Shown in pieces: positions 26,346 to 40,156 of a DNA stretch of 64,000 nucleotides. A program made the position numbers and the translations under genes. The first letter of the stretch is position 1, and every line of letters starts with the position of its first letter. The notes beneath the pieces are model-generated. The model was not told the DNA's origin and ran no database searches. It saw nothing but the letters and a program-made list of their open reading frames with translations. The stretch covers positions 213,497,198 to 213,561,197 of the forward strand of contig NC_133622.1 of the NCBI RefSeq assembly GCF_048593235.1, in the 5' to 3' direction. The stretch comes from Sminthopsis crassicaudata (Eukaryota).

Positions 26346-29300
26346 CATATGGTTCTCAGACCTGGCCAATGTGTTGACTTGTTTTGCTGGATTTTGCATA
26401 TTTATTATAAGTGAGGACTTCTATTCTGGGAAAAGAGTGGCAGGTTAGTGGGTGGTGAAAGCCAGGCAAAAAACAAAAAGTATCAATAATTTTTTTAAAA
26501 AGGAGATATACATAGGAAAATAAGGGAACACCACCAAAAAGGGAAATTTTCTTATCCTATTAAATGTTATAAATAAATGCAACTATGTATAACTATATGC
26601 CATATATAGCACTATATTTTATAACATGCCATCTATCTGTATAACCAAGTTTATAGTTATATGGGTATCACATGTTATATATGCAATGTATTATATATAT
26701 GATATGGATATGTATGATGTATTATATATGATATAGAAATATAAACTTTAAAAAAAATAATCCATACATAACAATTTACATTTTCTAATTTAAGCCTTTT
26801 TTTTTGCTTTTCCTTTTGAAATATTTATGTTGATCAAGTTTCATGATTTAAAAAGTTATCTGTCCACCTACATCGTTATCTTTTCATAGTATATAGATCA
26901 GCTAGTGTTCTTGAGGACTCTTCCAGTCAAATTCATGCTTTGTTAGGTCCTATACCAAGCTGGAAAGATTTCTTATACAGACAGTTATACATTGGGTGCC
27001 TGTCATGTAAGGATGAATCCAACTCAGGACAAAGAAGTTTATTGAAAGGCAGTTAAAACATTCAACATATGACTTTTTTGTGAGAGTGGGAAGCATTGTA
27101 GGTCATAAACTTTGCACCGAAGCGTGGAGAGGTTGAGATCTGCATCAGGGTAACAGACATGTCTGTCTATCTGTATCTTTCTTTCTCTTGCCCTTTTGGA
27201 TAATGCAGCCATCGGTAGCAATCCAGATCTGTCTGCCTTTCAGGTGAAATGTTGAACACCTGCTTTCACCCAATTCATGTAGCATGGTACAGAATGCAAA
27301 TAAACTTTATTCCCTGAAGCCCCCGATGTTGAACATATGCTCCATTAGGAAAATGTTAAAAGAGGATAAAGAGATTGCATTGGCCTATAATTTAATTTAA
27401 TAGTCTAACTCTAAAGAGCAGATGACTAAATTAAAAAAATGTTTTCACTCATGTTATGATAGCTTATAAAAACAGCTAGTGATTAGGTTAGAAAAGAAGG
27501 CATGGATAAACATGAGATCTCCCAGTGGACTGAGATGATCTAAATTTAGGTAGGTTTTCTTCTCATGGAAGCATTGGAGGGAGTGAGCAATGGAAGGAGC
27601 CTAGTTCATGAAAACTTTGCTTCAAATGAAAATAGCTACAGAGCAGACAGTAACTAGGATTTGAGAGGAAAGGGAATGTCTTAATAATAATGTCAAAGTT
27701 CTTGCATGGTCAATTAAGTATGGAAAAGACACATATGGGAGTAATAGTTATCAATAGACCATATACTAGGTAAAAAGATTTATGGTTTCGAGATAGAAAT
27801 GCCATTTCAGAGTTTAGGTAAATATCTGTAGAATATTAGGGGAGGGGAAAAAAAGTTACTTTTTCATTATTCAAGTGTAGCAAAGGCAAAAGACTTCCAA
27901 GCTAGAAGGGGTCACAAGTGGGAAAAGTTTAAGAAGCCCGGCCCAAGGAAATATCTTAGGAACTTTGTCCAAATTGGAGCAGTGGAAGAATAATAATCTA
28001 AGCTTCTCCACTTGGACAGTATCAAAAAAAAAAAAAGAAAAAGAAAAAAAAAATTAGTAATTTCTATCATGTGAATATTAAGTTACTGGCTCTGATTCTG
28101 TAAGGTTTAAAGTCAAAGTTTGTGAGTCTAAAAACCATGCATTCTTAATCTTAGAAATAATTTAGGAAAGTTGGTCATTTTGAAGGAAGAGAAAGAGTCA
28201 ATGACAAAGCACACAATATTTTGAAGATGCTTAAGGAGTCAATCAATTACTTTTTTTTTAACCAATTAATTAGTCTGTTTTTCTTTTTGAGGCAGCATAA
28301 AGTCTTCTTCATTCAGTGAAGAATGGGTTAGCACACTTTAGGTTTTTGAAGACAAATTAATAGATTAAGGGAGGAAAAAGAAAAATAATACCTTTTTCCT
28401 ATCTTACTTTAAAATGCAAATATTTCTATTTAAGTCTAATTTCCTTGTGATTCCCTGGGCATTTTACCTGCAATCTAGTTATCCCATAATTCAAAAGCCA
28501 GAGCCATAGATTCCCTGGTGGACTGGTGACCTCTTAAGAGGTTTTGCTGTTTTGTTATTATCGATTGATCATTTCCAGAGCTTATGAATTTTTCATTGTG
28601 TCCTACGTTAGTGGAAGAGAAATGACTTTTCTTTCAGTTTGCAATTCTTCCCTTGAAGTTAAAAGTATCAAAATGGAGTTAGACATCTTCCCTTATATGA
28701 TAGTCTTTTTTCTAGAGAGAGAGGAGGAAAAAAAAACACAAATAAATTACAAGGCAGTGATGCAAAGGAGATTTAAAATCATATTGTTATTTTCTAAAAT
28801 GCATTTTAGAGTTGGCAAAAGGATAGAAAATGATTTAACTGATTATGCTATAACTTCCTTATGATGTAATATTCTAATAAATTAAGAAACATATTATTTT
28901 TAGTTGCCTGTGCTAAGCATTAAGGATTCAAAGACAAAAAGGAAAATAATAAAGAATCTAATAGTTATAGGAAAAGGCTTAGCAGTTTGTGGGGGTTGGG
29001 GAATGAACAAGAGGCTCCTAAAGATTGTTTAGGGATGGGGAAAGAGTATCTAAAAGCCAAGGCTGGTGATGATGGAGTACTTCTCTTGAAATTACTTTGA
29101 AAAGCTTTTAAATTTACTTATATGTATAAATGTGATTTCTCTCAGTAGAGGGCAAATTCCTTGAGGGCCAGGAACTTTTTTTTTGCTTGTCTCCATAACT
29201 CCAGCACCCAAAATACTTGAACAAATGAGTAGAACAGAACACTAATAGTCCATGGCAAGACTGATTTTTTTAAGTCAGTAAATTATTTAACTGAAATCTT

Positions 29301-29439
29301 CCCTTTGCCTTTTCTCTATATTGTTAGGACTCACCTTACTGTCCCTTCTCACAATTCATTCTTATTCCATCAGAAATAGAATGCTAAATTCCTCAAAGGC
29401 AGAAGCTGGGTTTTTGTTTTGTTTTGTTTTGAGTAATGC

Positions 29440-29660
29440 TTCATATTTTTGTTAAGTCTTGATGACTCATTTGGGGTTTTGTTGGTAAAAAAAAAAAATA
29501 CTGGAGTGGTTTGCCATTTCCTTTTTCAACTCCTTTTACATATGAGCTTAGTAAAACAGGGTGAAGCGACTTGCCTAGGGTCACATAACTATTAAGTGTC
29601 AGACCCCCAAACTGAATTCAGGGAGATGTCTTCTTGACTTCAGGCCTGGCACTGTATCCC
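29440..29660 (-). mobile_element. MAR1-type SINE
   Basis: gactcatttggggttttt...ctggagtggtttgccatttcctt RTE tail plus core motifs. Confidence 0.75.
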
Positions 29661-29850
29661 TTGACGTGGTAATTGCGTAATACATGCTTGGTGATCAGTT
29701 TGAATTGGAGAAATTTGGGAAGAGGAGATGGGGGAAAAAACCTGATCTCATAGATGAAAGTCTAATTGAATCCAATACTGGTCCTCTCTCTTCCAGCAGG
29801 CTTCAAAGGCTGCTCATATAAGATATATTTTTGTTGTTTTCCCATTTCAG

Positions 29851-30069
29851 ATGCTGCACAACAAGCATGTCATGGTCCGTGTGGGAGGAGGATGGGAAAC
29901 TTTTGCTGGCTATTTGCTGAAACACGACCCTTGCCGCATGCTCCAGATCTCCCGTGTGGATGGCAAGACCTCCCCTATCCAGAGCAAATCACCTACTCTT
30001 AAGGACATGAATCCAGATAATTACCTGGTGGTCTCTGCCCATTACAAGGCCAAGAAGGAGATTAAATGA
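29851..30069 (+). CDS. GAS2: GAS2 (growth arrest-specific 2) last coding exon: C-terminal half of the GAR domain plus tail
   Basis: [72 protein letters not shown] is near-identical to the recalled mammalian GAS2 C-terminus. Acceptor tttcccatttcag| lies immediately before 29851 (phase 0); the first ATG is an internal Met. Upstream exons lie outside the window. Confidence 0.97.
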   Translation: MLHNKHVMVRVGGGWETFAGYLLKHDPCRMLQISRVDGKTSPIQSKSPTLKDMNPDNYLVVSAHYKAKKEIK

Positions 30070-31120
30070 AGCTAGCTGGGCACCACAAGGGGACTTTCAG
30101 AGAGGCCCACATCACTTACTTCTCCAGTGTAGTCAGAGTAGTCTGTGTGCCTTGAAAGGACTTCGGGAAATTGAACAAACCCAGACAGACAATGGCATTA
30201 TGCTTGAAGGATTGTTAAAATTGTAGCACTATTTATTTCTAAAGCTTTTGTAGAAAATGACCTCTTAGGTGGAATGCTAATCTCAAATATAGTAGCCAAG
30301 TTTTAGATGAATCATTACTCCTCCATATGTGAACATTATGTTTAGAAAGTCTTAAAAGACTTGGTTCTAGGTAATTACAGAACCTTGTTAAGAGGAAAAA
30401 AACAAAATTAAAAAAAAAAACAACAACAACAAAGAACATTTAGGGTTTAATTATAAGTCAGTGGAATTTATCTGCCCTCTTTCTGACAGACTGAACCTCC
30501 TAGACTTTTACACATTGCAGGATTTCTGATCAAGCTTTAAAAAGAGAAAATTAGTGTGATTGAGTGTTACTAGACAATCAAACACCACTGTCAATAAATA
30601 TGTTTTCCTGGAAGCCACTTCCCATAAGTTTACATTCACTTAGACAATTGCCTTAAAGATCATCTCTAATATGACCAAATACTTTGGGGCTCCTATTGAA
30701 AGTTACCAGTAGGCCCTTTAGGGAACTGCTTGTGAATTCTCTCACAAAAGCACAGTTATATATCAATTAATTTAGTACAATCCACACAAGTAATTTCCAT
30801 GTTGATATATTGACAATAAATTGTACAGTTGAGCCTTCTTTTGACTTCTATGTTATTTTAAAATATTTTCTTTGTCAAAGTGTGTTTCTGGGGTGAATCC
30901 CTCTTTGCTATGCTGTAGAGTGAAAAGTTCATTGTGATCCATGATGGCATGGACTTACATATACCATTGTATGCTGGGGCAGAGCTGGGTTTTGCTAATA
31001 AAGAACAAAATAAGCACCCCTCATTGATTCACAAAATTAAAGAAAAAAAAGCTTTAAAATAAAAGATATATCTGTGTTTATTCTTAATTTACAATAAAGC
31101 TATTCTTTGATGAATTTCAG
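30070..31120 (+). terminator. GAS2: GAS2 3' UTR with multiple AATAAA signals (30593, 30815, 30997, 31058, 31093)
   Basis: Repeat-free AT-rich stretch after the stop with five AATAAA hexamers. The actual cleavage site is not determinable from sequence. Confidence 0.6.
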
Positions 31121-31239
31121 TGGATAGGAACTAGAGGAATCAAATGATACCAGAAAAAAGATCCCTGCTACATTAAATTGGCAAGTGTCATCCAACCTTT
31201 GTCTGTAGATCTCTATCAAGGAAGAGTCTATCCAGCATT

Positions 31240-31550
31240 TGTGGGAAGACTCCTATTGAGGGAGAAAGCCAGTGTTTCTCAGGGCATCTCATCCCTTTAC
31301 ATCAAACCCAAGTTTCCCTCTCTGGAACTTCCTGAGTCCTCTCTTTGGTGTCTGAGACTGAGAAGACAAAGTCTACCCCTTCTTCCACATTATTATCTTT
31401 TAAGAGCTACTATCTGCCCTGCTACCTCTTCCCATTTCTTGGGTATACAAATATCCTCAGTTCTTTTGACTGATCTGGATCTTCCCCAATCTGATTATTC
31501 TCCCTCTAAACAATGTCCTTCCTCAATGGGTTGCCCAGAATTGAACACAA
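31240..31550 (-). mobile_element. L3/CR1 fragment
   Basis: gggttgcccagaattgaacacaatg and related antisense CR1 motifs; explains ORF 31178-31570. Confidence 0.5.
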
Positions 31551-31659
31551 TGCGTCACCTCTTTCAATGACCTACTTTTTTGAGCATCCATTAGTTTAAA
31601 AAAATCATTAATACTCTAATTCATTTTATTTCAGCACATAAGTTGAAGAGAAAAAGGAG

Positions 31660-31880
31660 AAGGGAGGGGAATAAGCATGTCTTAATATCTACTATGTACC
31701 AGGCATGTTGGCAAATATTAATTCATTGTATTCGCAAAACAACCCTGTAAAGTAGATGCTATTATTATCTTACAGCTGAGAACACTGAGGCAGATGGAGG
31801 TTGTGACTTGTGCAGGGTCACACAGCTGTCTGAGGCTGAATTAAACTGAAGTTTTCCTTATTTCAGGTCCAGCATTCTAT
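31660..31880 (-). mobile_element. MIR/Mar core SINE
   Basis: actatgtaccaggc...acactgaggcag...tgacttgtgcagggtcacacagct. Confidence 0.65.
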
Positions 31881-31924
31881 ATAACGTGTCATTTAGAATC
31901 TTCTAAAAGAGTTAAAAGGCTCTC

Positions 31925-32160
31925 TGAAGTGATGCAGTGAATAGCGTGTTGGGTCTAGAGTCAGGAAGTCTCATCTTCCTGAATTCAAATCTGGCCTCAG
32001 ACATTTTCTAGCTGTGTGACCCTGAGCAAATCACTTTACCTTGCTTGCCTCAGTTTCTTCATCTGTAAAATGATCTGGAGAAGGAAATGGCAAACTGCTC
32101 CAATATCTTTGTCAAGAAAACCCCAAGTGGGGCCACAAAGAATCAGACACACTGAACAGT
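31925..32160 (+). mobile_element. MAR1-type SINE (tRNA-derived head, core, RTE tail)
   Basis: gtgatgcagtgaatagc...cctcagtttcttcatctgtaaaatg...aggaaatggcaaactgctccaatatctttgtcaagaaaacccc...actgaac. The RTE-tailed core SINE points to a marsupial genome. Confidence 0.82.
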
Positions 32161-33589
32161 AAGAGTCCATCTGACTAGATGGTGATGCCATTAATAACTT
32201 TTTTAAACTCTACAAACAAGTTTCATGACATTGTGAAGACTTAGGCTCATTACACATATCTGAAATCATAATTCTTTGAAATTCACTTGTTTTCTCTTTG
32301 CATTGAAAAAAAATCACATTCTATTTTTAAATTGAGCAAGAATCAATACAAAACACATCTTTTTCTGTAATCTCCCTTACCACAAATTAGTCTCATGGGA
32401 ACTCAAAGATGAAAAAAAAAATGAAAAATTAAGAGTTGAGAAGAGCTTTTTAAAAAATAAGCAGAAAAGGGGGAGATCAGAATAACAACTTCATTGATTA
32501 TTTTTTGCAAATATACATATTTCTCATGCCAGAAAGTTGTCACTTCTTAGCATAATTTTGTCAAGTCAAATGTGTTAGGGTCAAAATCCACTCTTCTGAG
32601 TCTTCAATTTCTGAAGTTTTAACACCAGACTCCTCCAAAAATGCTTTGTACTGATATTAGAATATAAAATATTATACAGCCATGAATCTGAAGTCACCTA
32701 CATTAATTCCTTTTACAGATGAGGAAATAGAGGCTCAGCAGGCAGTGATTTGTCCAAGTTATGTAACTAGTAAGAAGCAGTCAGGAGTGAACACCAGCCT
32801 ACTGGCTCCCAACTGTGTATTACAGAATTATTAGGAGAAACTACTCACTTAATTACATTTGGAAGCTACACAGAACTCTCAATAAAAATTCACTTCTCTT
32901 AAAAGAATATTTTATTTAATATCTGGGTAGCTAGAGGCATCCAAGTAGAGGAATACTGACCAATTTTTCTCTTCTGAAATGCCTGAATTGGTTAAAGCTC
33001 TTATCTTGGGCAAGGGAAAAAGTAGGGAATTTGTGGCTAGAGGACCTAGATTTTAATCTAAGAGTTCCTCCTTTACTGTTGTGATGTTTAAAAAAGTTGG
33101 ACAGGTATAATTTCTAGGAATGTCTGGAAGTTTCAACTCTCTCTTAATTAAGAAGCTAGTTTCCCAAATAATATTAACCGTAAGTCTTATATTTAAATAA
33201 CTATTTCAAACATAGGAAGGCAAGATGGTATGGAGGATAAAGTGACAACCTTGATTTCAGTAAATTCTAAGTTTAAGATATAGCTTAAACATATATTAGT
33301 TAGTTGTATGAGGCTGGGCAAGGCACATAACTCCTTAATGTCCTAGAGATCACTTTTTGAGCCTAATTTATAGATCAATTCTACTGGTGAAGGGAGTTTC
33401 TATATGGGCAGTTCACCAAAATGATTAGGTGACAGATTGAGACCAAAGCCAGTAATAAAATATTTTGGAAAGAGCTCTGGAATCCTTTTTGGAGACTTAG
33501 TTTCATTTCTAAACCAAGAGGTAGGGGCCATTTGATGTCTTTCCAATTCTAAATCTGGGATTTCTTGTCACCTCTGAGTTTTGTTAATT

Positions 33590-34330
33590 AGGGAAATCTG
33601 GGAAAGCTTCATGAAGATGACATTAAAATTGAATTTCAAAGGGTGAGTAAAAATTCAAAGGATGGGAATGGATCAAAAGGGAACTTCAGGCAATGGAAAC
33701 AGGGCAAATGAAAAGCAGGGGGAGGTTGGGGATAGAAAGTGCTGGTGTATATATGGAAGGTGAGTGAGTGGTTGATTGGTTATGGCTTACAGTAAGTAAA
33801 GCAGTGCTGTGTGAGATAAAGTTAGAAATGTAGTCACTCAGAGTTATGGAATCAATTTTAACACTGATTTGGAACAGTGACACAACCAGATCTATATCTG
33901 GGGAAGTATAGTGTCCTGGTTCAATATATCAGGGGAATAGAAATGGAGGCCTGCAAATAGGATGACATTAGTGGGGGAGGAAAAAGAAATGACAATGAAA
34001 GATAACAAGGGATGCTGCAAACATGCTGAGCTCTATCCATCCCCCTTCAAAACACATTACCTTTTTGACTGTAGGGAATCACTTAGTCTCTCAGAACTAG
34101 AAAATGAGAAGCTTGGACTGAATGATCCATCAGTTCATGTGTTAGAATCCAGAGGCAAGATATTTTGTGATACAGATTAGATATAAAAAGTTCAGCTACA
34201 CTGGTATTTAAATCTAAGCAGATGTTGGTGCCAGAGACAAACTTGAGAAATCAGGAAAAGTATGTTTTGAGGAAAAGAGACTGAACATAATGAGGGAAAG
34301 AGCAGCTGAAAGATCAGAAGATGTAAGTTG
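33590..34330 (-). mobile_element. L2 LINE fragment
   Basis: Purine-rich on +, typical of antisense L2; explains ORFs 33686-33883 and 33962-34180. Confidence 0.55.
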
Positions 34331-35133
34331 GTCCCAGTGTATAGTGGTGCTATATATTCATATGAATGATTTCATATTTGTAACTAAACATCCTTCAGAT
34401 CACTGACCTAGGTTTATGAAACTAACCCTCAGAGCAGGGATTCTTAACCTAGGCTCCATGGAGAGATTTCAAGGCATCTTCAAATGTGAATGGGAAAAAA
34501 AAAATTCAATCTCTAATTCAATATAATTGGTTTCTCTGCAATCTAATTTGATGCACTGAAAATTATTATTCGGAGAAAAGGAGCCTAGGTTTCACTATAT
34601 TGTCAAAGGGATCTGATTAAGAACCTTTGCCCCAGAGCAAAGTTAGATGAAGAAAATATGCAACCAATTTGATCAATTTGGGCAATTTACATTCAATGGA
34701 AATAAGGACAAGAAAGATTTCCAAATTAAACATGTTCTTAATAGAACATTTACAAATTTGAATTATGTATTAATTTCATGTAGAAAGGATCTTGTCATTT
34801 TATGCATGTGTAACATAAATTAAGGCATATGTGTATATATATATATTGACATATACCATATATATAGAAATATATGTGTTAATATATAATGATAATGATC
34901 TATAATAAATACTAGCCACGGAGAAACATAGGAATGTAAAAACATATCACTCAAATACACAACTGTTTTCACAAATGAAAACATTAGTGAAATCACACTT
35001 TGCCTTATGTCAATTTTTTAATAGATTTTAAAAAGTGACAACAAAGCTCATAATTTGACAAATGTTAGTCTATAATCTAATTACAACAAAAGTTTTTAGA
35101 GAAATAAATCAGATATTTTCTCTACAAGCACAG

Positions 35134-35149
35134 CACTGCCCTCTTCTGG
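35134..35149 (-). promoter_or_regulatory. Candidate CTCF site
   Basis: The - strand reads CCAGAAGAGGGCAGTG, one mismatch to CCASYAGRKGGCRSYV. Confidence 0.4.
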
Positions 35150-35829
35150 TAGTGAAAAGACCAAGCTTTAAATTTAGCCAATAAATTTTAAGTGAAGGAA
35201 AATACCCCATTTTTACATAATTTTTTTTTTTATAAACTTGAACAGAAAATAATCAGATTAAATCTTTTATTTACTTACAAATAAGCACTGAGTGAATCAA
35301 AAAGTATGGGGAAGGTTGGTTTCATTTGAGCCCCCAAATTATTTTTTGGGTATTTCCTTCTACTTATAGTCATTAAATTGAAGGTTTAAACATTGTCAGT
35401 ATAAATACAAAATAAACACAATTTATGTCAGCAAAGCTATAAATGTTCACTTAATTTTTCTTTACAAAGAAGAGATAATGTAATTTGAAAAACTGATTAA
35501 AGTTTTAATCATTACTACCCAAAGCAGAAATATATTATTATGCAGTACAACTTTATCTCTGTAAAGTCACAAATACAATCCCTGCCCTCAATATAGCAAA
35601 AATAAAGAGACTATATAGTAAACAGTTTTGGCCATCTTATTAAATATCCTGAGGTTTGTCTGCTCAAAAAAGTAAAGAATTTCCAGTATACAGTTTACTC
35701 ATCATTTATCACATTAAAAGAGAAGAGTGTTAATGTGTTATATGCAAAAGCCACATTACGAAATGCCAGTTGATTTCAGTTTTCCATAGGTTATCGGCAG
35801 TGGTCTTATCTTCCATTTGGCACACATTT

Positions 35830-35844
35830 TTAGGAAACTGTCCA
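35830..35844 (-). CDS. SVIP: SVIP exon 4 coding part (WTVS*)
   Basis: ttttcatctttttcag|TGG ACA GTT TCC TAA; strong polypyrimidine acceptor; matches the SVIP C-terminus. Confidence 0.92.
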   Translation of the reverse strand, partial: WTVS

Positions 35845-37989
35845 CTGAAAAAGATGAAAAGATATCTTTTACTTCCATATAAATCTCCAGGAATAAGATA
35901 TTTTGATTTTATAATGCACAAACAAAATAGTAGTCACATACACAGAAATGCAAGATGAGCTCTATAAAGAGCCAGGAATATTGCTCAAGATTTGTCAGAA
36001 ACATTCAGACCAAAGTAAGAGATGAAAGCTCTAAGGCTATCGGATAAAGACATGAATTCTACTTGGAGACATACGGAAATTAAGAAAGGAAAACCTGCCA
36101 ACCCATCAGTGTAGTTCAGTTTTAAATCTTAGCCCAGGATAAGATCAAAAGATCATAACTAAAAGAATTATATGTAAACAACAGCAACAAAACTGGGAGA
36201 CCAGCCAGGCACAAGGCAGAAAATTAAGACCTTTGGGTCCATGATTGAAGGACTAGATAAAGTTTTATTTAAATAGTTAATGTAAGCTCAGGGGATCATG
36301 CTAAGAATAAAGATTAATATGTCCCTAATTTCCATTACCTAGTAAAAGCATGTGTTTTGTGTTAATCAGGTTTGTATTTTTGACCACTTGGGTAGATTAT
36401 AGTACTTGTGAGGGCATGGGTTATTCTAACTTATTTGCTTTTGCATTTCGTGTTCATTCACTGTTGTGGCTATGTATAATAGGATTGTAGAGATGAGCCG
36501 TTCACAATACTCATTTTACAGTTATACCAGTGGTCACATTTGTGCAGAGCTTTTTGGTTTGCAAAGCTAGATAGTACCTTATGTGGTTCTTCCAACCATC
36601 TTGGGAGGTAGTCAAATCAAGAATTGATATAGTGTTCTTCCATGCTGGATATTGTTCTAAATTACACTACTATACTACACAGAAAGGCAAAAACAGTTCC
36701 TGCCTTCATGGAGCCCAAATCATAATAGGAGGACGACACTAAGATAATCTCTGAAGAGAAACTAGCAGTGGCAGGGGTAAAGACAAGAAAGATCTTTATC
36801 AAAAGGTAGAATCTGAACTGAGATCTGAAAAGAACAAACAAACAAACAAACAAAAACAGAGAAAATCATTCTCATTTTATAGATAAGCAAACTAAGGCTC
36901 ACAGAAGTTGTCATGTACTAGTTGAGTTCCCTTGCCTTCATAATAAATGTGTAAAGGCAGGATTTGAATCTGTCTCCTTAACAGTCCCATACTCTTATCT
37001 ATTCCATCACTTCTACTTGTCTAGATTAAAAAAAAAAAAAAAAAAATGAAGGCCCATGGGTCTTCCCCTATTTAGAATATGCAGATATATGGAATTTAAC
37101 ACAAACTTTCTACCTCCCAAATCAGGACTCTTTCCATATCCTGCTTTTCTTTCTCTAGTGTTTGACATTCTTAAAATTGATAAAGATAACGTCCTTCATT
37201 ACATGAATAACACGTTATCATGTTATGGGCAAGGCAGGGGACATCCCTCTCTGTCTGTCTTCCCATCTGTAACTAAATTCAGAGAGGAAGTCCTAGATGG
37301 GAAGGAAGGTCCACTCAGGCCTTTTGTTACATTAACAAATAGATTATTTTTTATTACAAAACTCTAAGTGAAATAAGGTAATAGTTTTGACAAAAATTCT
37401 ACAACAAAAAAAATTATTAATGAAATAAAACATCTATATATTAGATATGCATTTTCTTATTCGCTTTATTTTATTAATTCTTCTATAATGGTATTTAAAA
37501 GAAAAAAAAGGAAAATCTATTGCACAGAATAACTATGTTGAATTAGCACTTAAATATTCTCTTTAAAATTCACAGATTTTTAACATACTTACATAAGAAG
37601 CAACAGATAAAAGCTTAGATAGCCTTTATAAGAAGCTCAAAGTCAGAGTAATGTAAAAATAACAAAACTAAATATCATTAGGGAAAAGCCTATTCTTGAA
37701 CTACCTGTAACAGGCAGCTTAACTGCTCAGCTCCTGTATCTCAACAATATAAATAAATAACTGGGAAAATGATCTTGCAAAGTATGGTCATCCTCCAGTC
37801 AAAAAGACTTTTTAATCTGCTCTAGTGAATTCTCTCCATTAGTGAAAATAATTTAAACAAACTTGATTTTAATTATTTTGGCTTGAAAAAAAATTCTACT
37901 TGTAAAATCTTAACTATGAAGATACTATTTTCCAGCTCTTATCTAAATTTTTTTTTACTTTGATATATATGTGTTTTCCTATTAGATAA

Positions 37990-38048
37990 ATATACATACA
38001 TACATACATATATATATATATATACATACATATATATATATATATATA
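37990..38048. repeat. (TACA)n/(TA)n microsatellite
   Basis: Direct reading. Confidence 0.9.
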
Positions 38049-38420
38049 TCTCTTCATTTAAATTGGTCTATTATAAATCAAATAATCTTTTCATCTCCTT
38101 TCAATCTACAACCCCAGGTCTGACAAATATTATTTTTCAAGTTTTCTTCTGATAGCCAAATATTTATTATGAAAGGAAAATTTTTTAAAAATTTAATACC
38201 AAATATCACAATTTTAAAATAATTTTTCTATAAGTGAAAATCCAGTATGCAAGTTATTTTAAATGATGTACATTAACTCACAGAGTCTTAACCTTTGTTA
38301 AGTCATGAAACCTTTTGGAAGTCTGACAATCTACAGAAATCTCATCAGAATGTTTTTAAATGTAAAAAAATACAGAGAATCACAAAGGAAACCAAACATA
38401 TTGAAATACGATTACCAAAA

Positions 38421-38456
<36 letters not shown>

Positions 38457-38518
38457 AAACAAACAACCAACAACAAAGTCCCCAGACTCCAAGTTCAGTG
38501 GGCATCTTTTACACTTAC

Positions 38519-38629
38519 TCGGAGCCCTCCTTGAGATGAACCACCAGAAGACAACTGTTTTTCAATTTTTTCCTTTCTTTTCTTCTTCTCTTCTACAGAA
38601 TGCAGATTTAAAATTCCTCGGGATGAAGA
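38519..38629 (-). CDS. SVIP: SVIP exon 3 (SSSRGILNLHSVEEKKKRKEKIEKQLSSGGSSQGGLR)
   Basis: tttccctaaag| acceptor, |gtaagt donor, 111 nt phase 0/0; homologous to SVIP AASRGILD...KEKIEKQ...GGLR. Confidence 0.95.
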
Positions 38630-40156
38630 CTTTAGGGAAAAGAAATGAGAATAATATAAATGATTTCTGTTGTAATTAAAACACAAAATAAAAGTCAGGT
38701 GCATTACCAGTATATTTCTACAGAAGAGTTTACTCGGGGAAGAATGCCTATAATGGCTTAAGTAGAATTCAGAATAGTGGTCCCCAAACTATGGCCTATA
38801 AATCAAAGCAATGTGTTGCTTGTTTTTGACAGGTCACAACTAAGTCTTTACATTTTTATAGAGAGTTTTATCATGTGTAAAAATGTAAAATCCATTTTAG
38901 GCTCACAAGCCTGATAAAAACAGACTAAAAGTAGGCTTAATTTTATCCTTAGTTTCACATAAACCTCTGTTTAACAAACATACTGAAATAATTTTCTCAA
39001 AGTCTTTAAATTTGCCCTTACTGACAATCATTTTTTTCATTCAACATATTATTTTTTATAATAAATATTTAGGTATTTTTATATTTTGTTTATTATGCCT
39101 TACTCAGTGACAGAACATAAAATTAAAGCAAATTAAAGTTTAAGGAGGATGATCATCACAAATCTAATCACCAGATTATTTTTTTTTTTCAGTAATAACT
39201 CATGAAGACTAAATATCAAGGCACTGAGGGATTGTGGTTTGAAATTGCCAAAATAAATGACGTCATGGATCCCTGAAATCTGAAGTATTATGACACTGAA
39301 CAAGGAAAAAAGCCCAAGCACAAAAAGATTGGCACATTTTACTTCAGACCCGCTCATAGCACCTGTTAAAGATATCCATTTCACAGGGGATTGTCATCTC
39401 CCCATCCCCATCTTTTGCTGGAAGTACCCCAAAACCCAACTCCCCTGTGACCTTTGAATTCAATCTCTTTTTGATTAGATACCATCCGCCCTGCCATTAC
39501 TGCCCAAGATCTTAACCACTTTGAAATCTCTTCCACTCTTTTGTCAGAAACTAAGTACATACTGTAGGTTTCCACCTGCATCAAACTTGACTCCTTTATT
39601 TTTTCCTTTCCCTGGGCCAACCATCTCCAGTGTTCATGATTTCTATCTAGACACTGGACCCAGATGCCTCTGGGGGAGAAAGTGAGATTGGTGACTCACA
39701 GCCTTCCTTACTTTAATCTGATTCACTTGCATGTGATGGCATCATCTCTCTGATACACGGTGTTCTTCAAGAAGGAGTGTTACCTCCTTGAAGGAAGGGA
39801 CTCTTAATTTTCTGTTTTGTACTCCAGTGTTTAGTTCCTAATAAACTGTTAATTAATATTTCCATTCCATATAAGATATTCCTTCAAAAATTGCATAGAA
39901 AAAAATTAAATCTATTATTTTGCATGCAATTTATAGCAATTGTATGACAAATCTTTTTATAAAGTAAAATACCTTTGAATTTTTCAGGCATCTTTTTTTT
40001 TTTTTTTTTTGCTTCTTTTAAAAAAGGAATTGTTGCACTCAAAAATTCTAGCACATAATAGTAACAAAATTATATATATATATATATTTCCCAATAACCA
40101 GAACTGTATTTTTCAAATCTTTCCCAATAACCAGAACTGCATTTTTCAAATCTTAC

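Noticed and set aside
27215-27255. Acceptor gtctgcctttcag|GTGAAATGTTGA in the GAS2 intron
   Set aside because: It gives only VKC* with no other support; such acceptors are expected by chance.
1-29850. Search for upstream GAS2 exons (e.g. VKRISEDPPCKCPNKF...)
   Set aside because: Not found by eye. This is consistent with a last intron longer than the 30 kb visible.
29766-30002. 78-aa ORF overlapping the GAS2 exon in another frame
   Set aside because: It starts in the intron at a non-ATG codon and has no homology; it is a shadow of the real exon.
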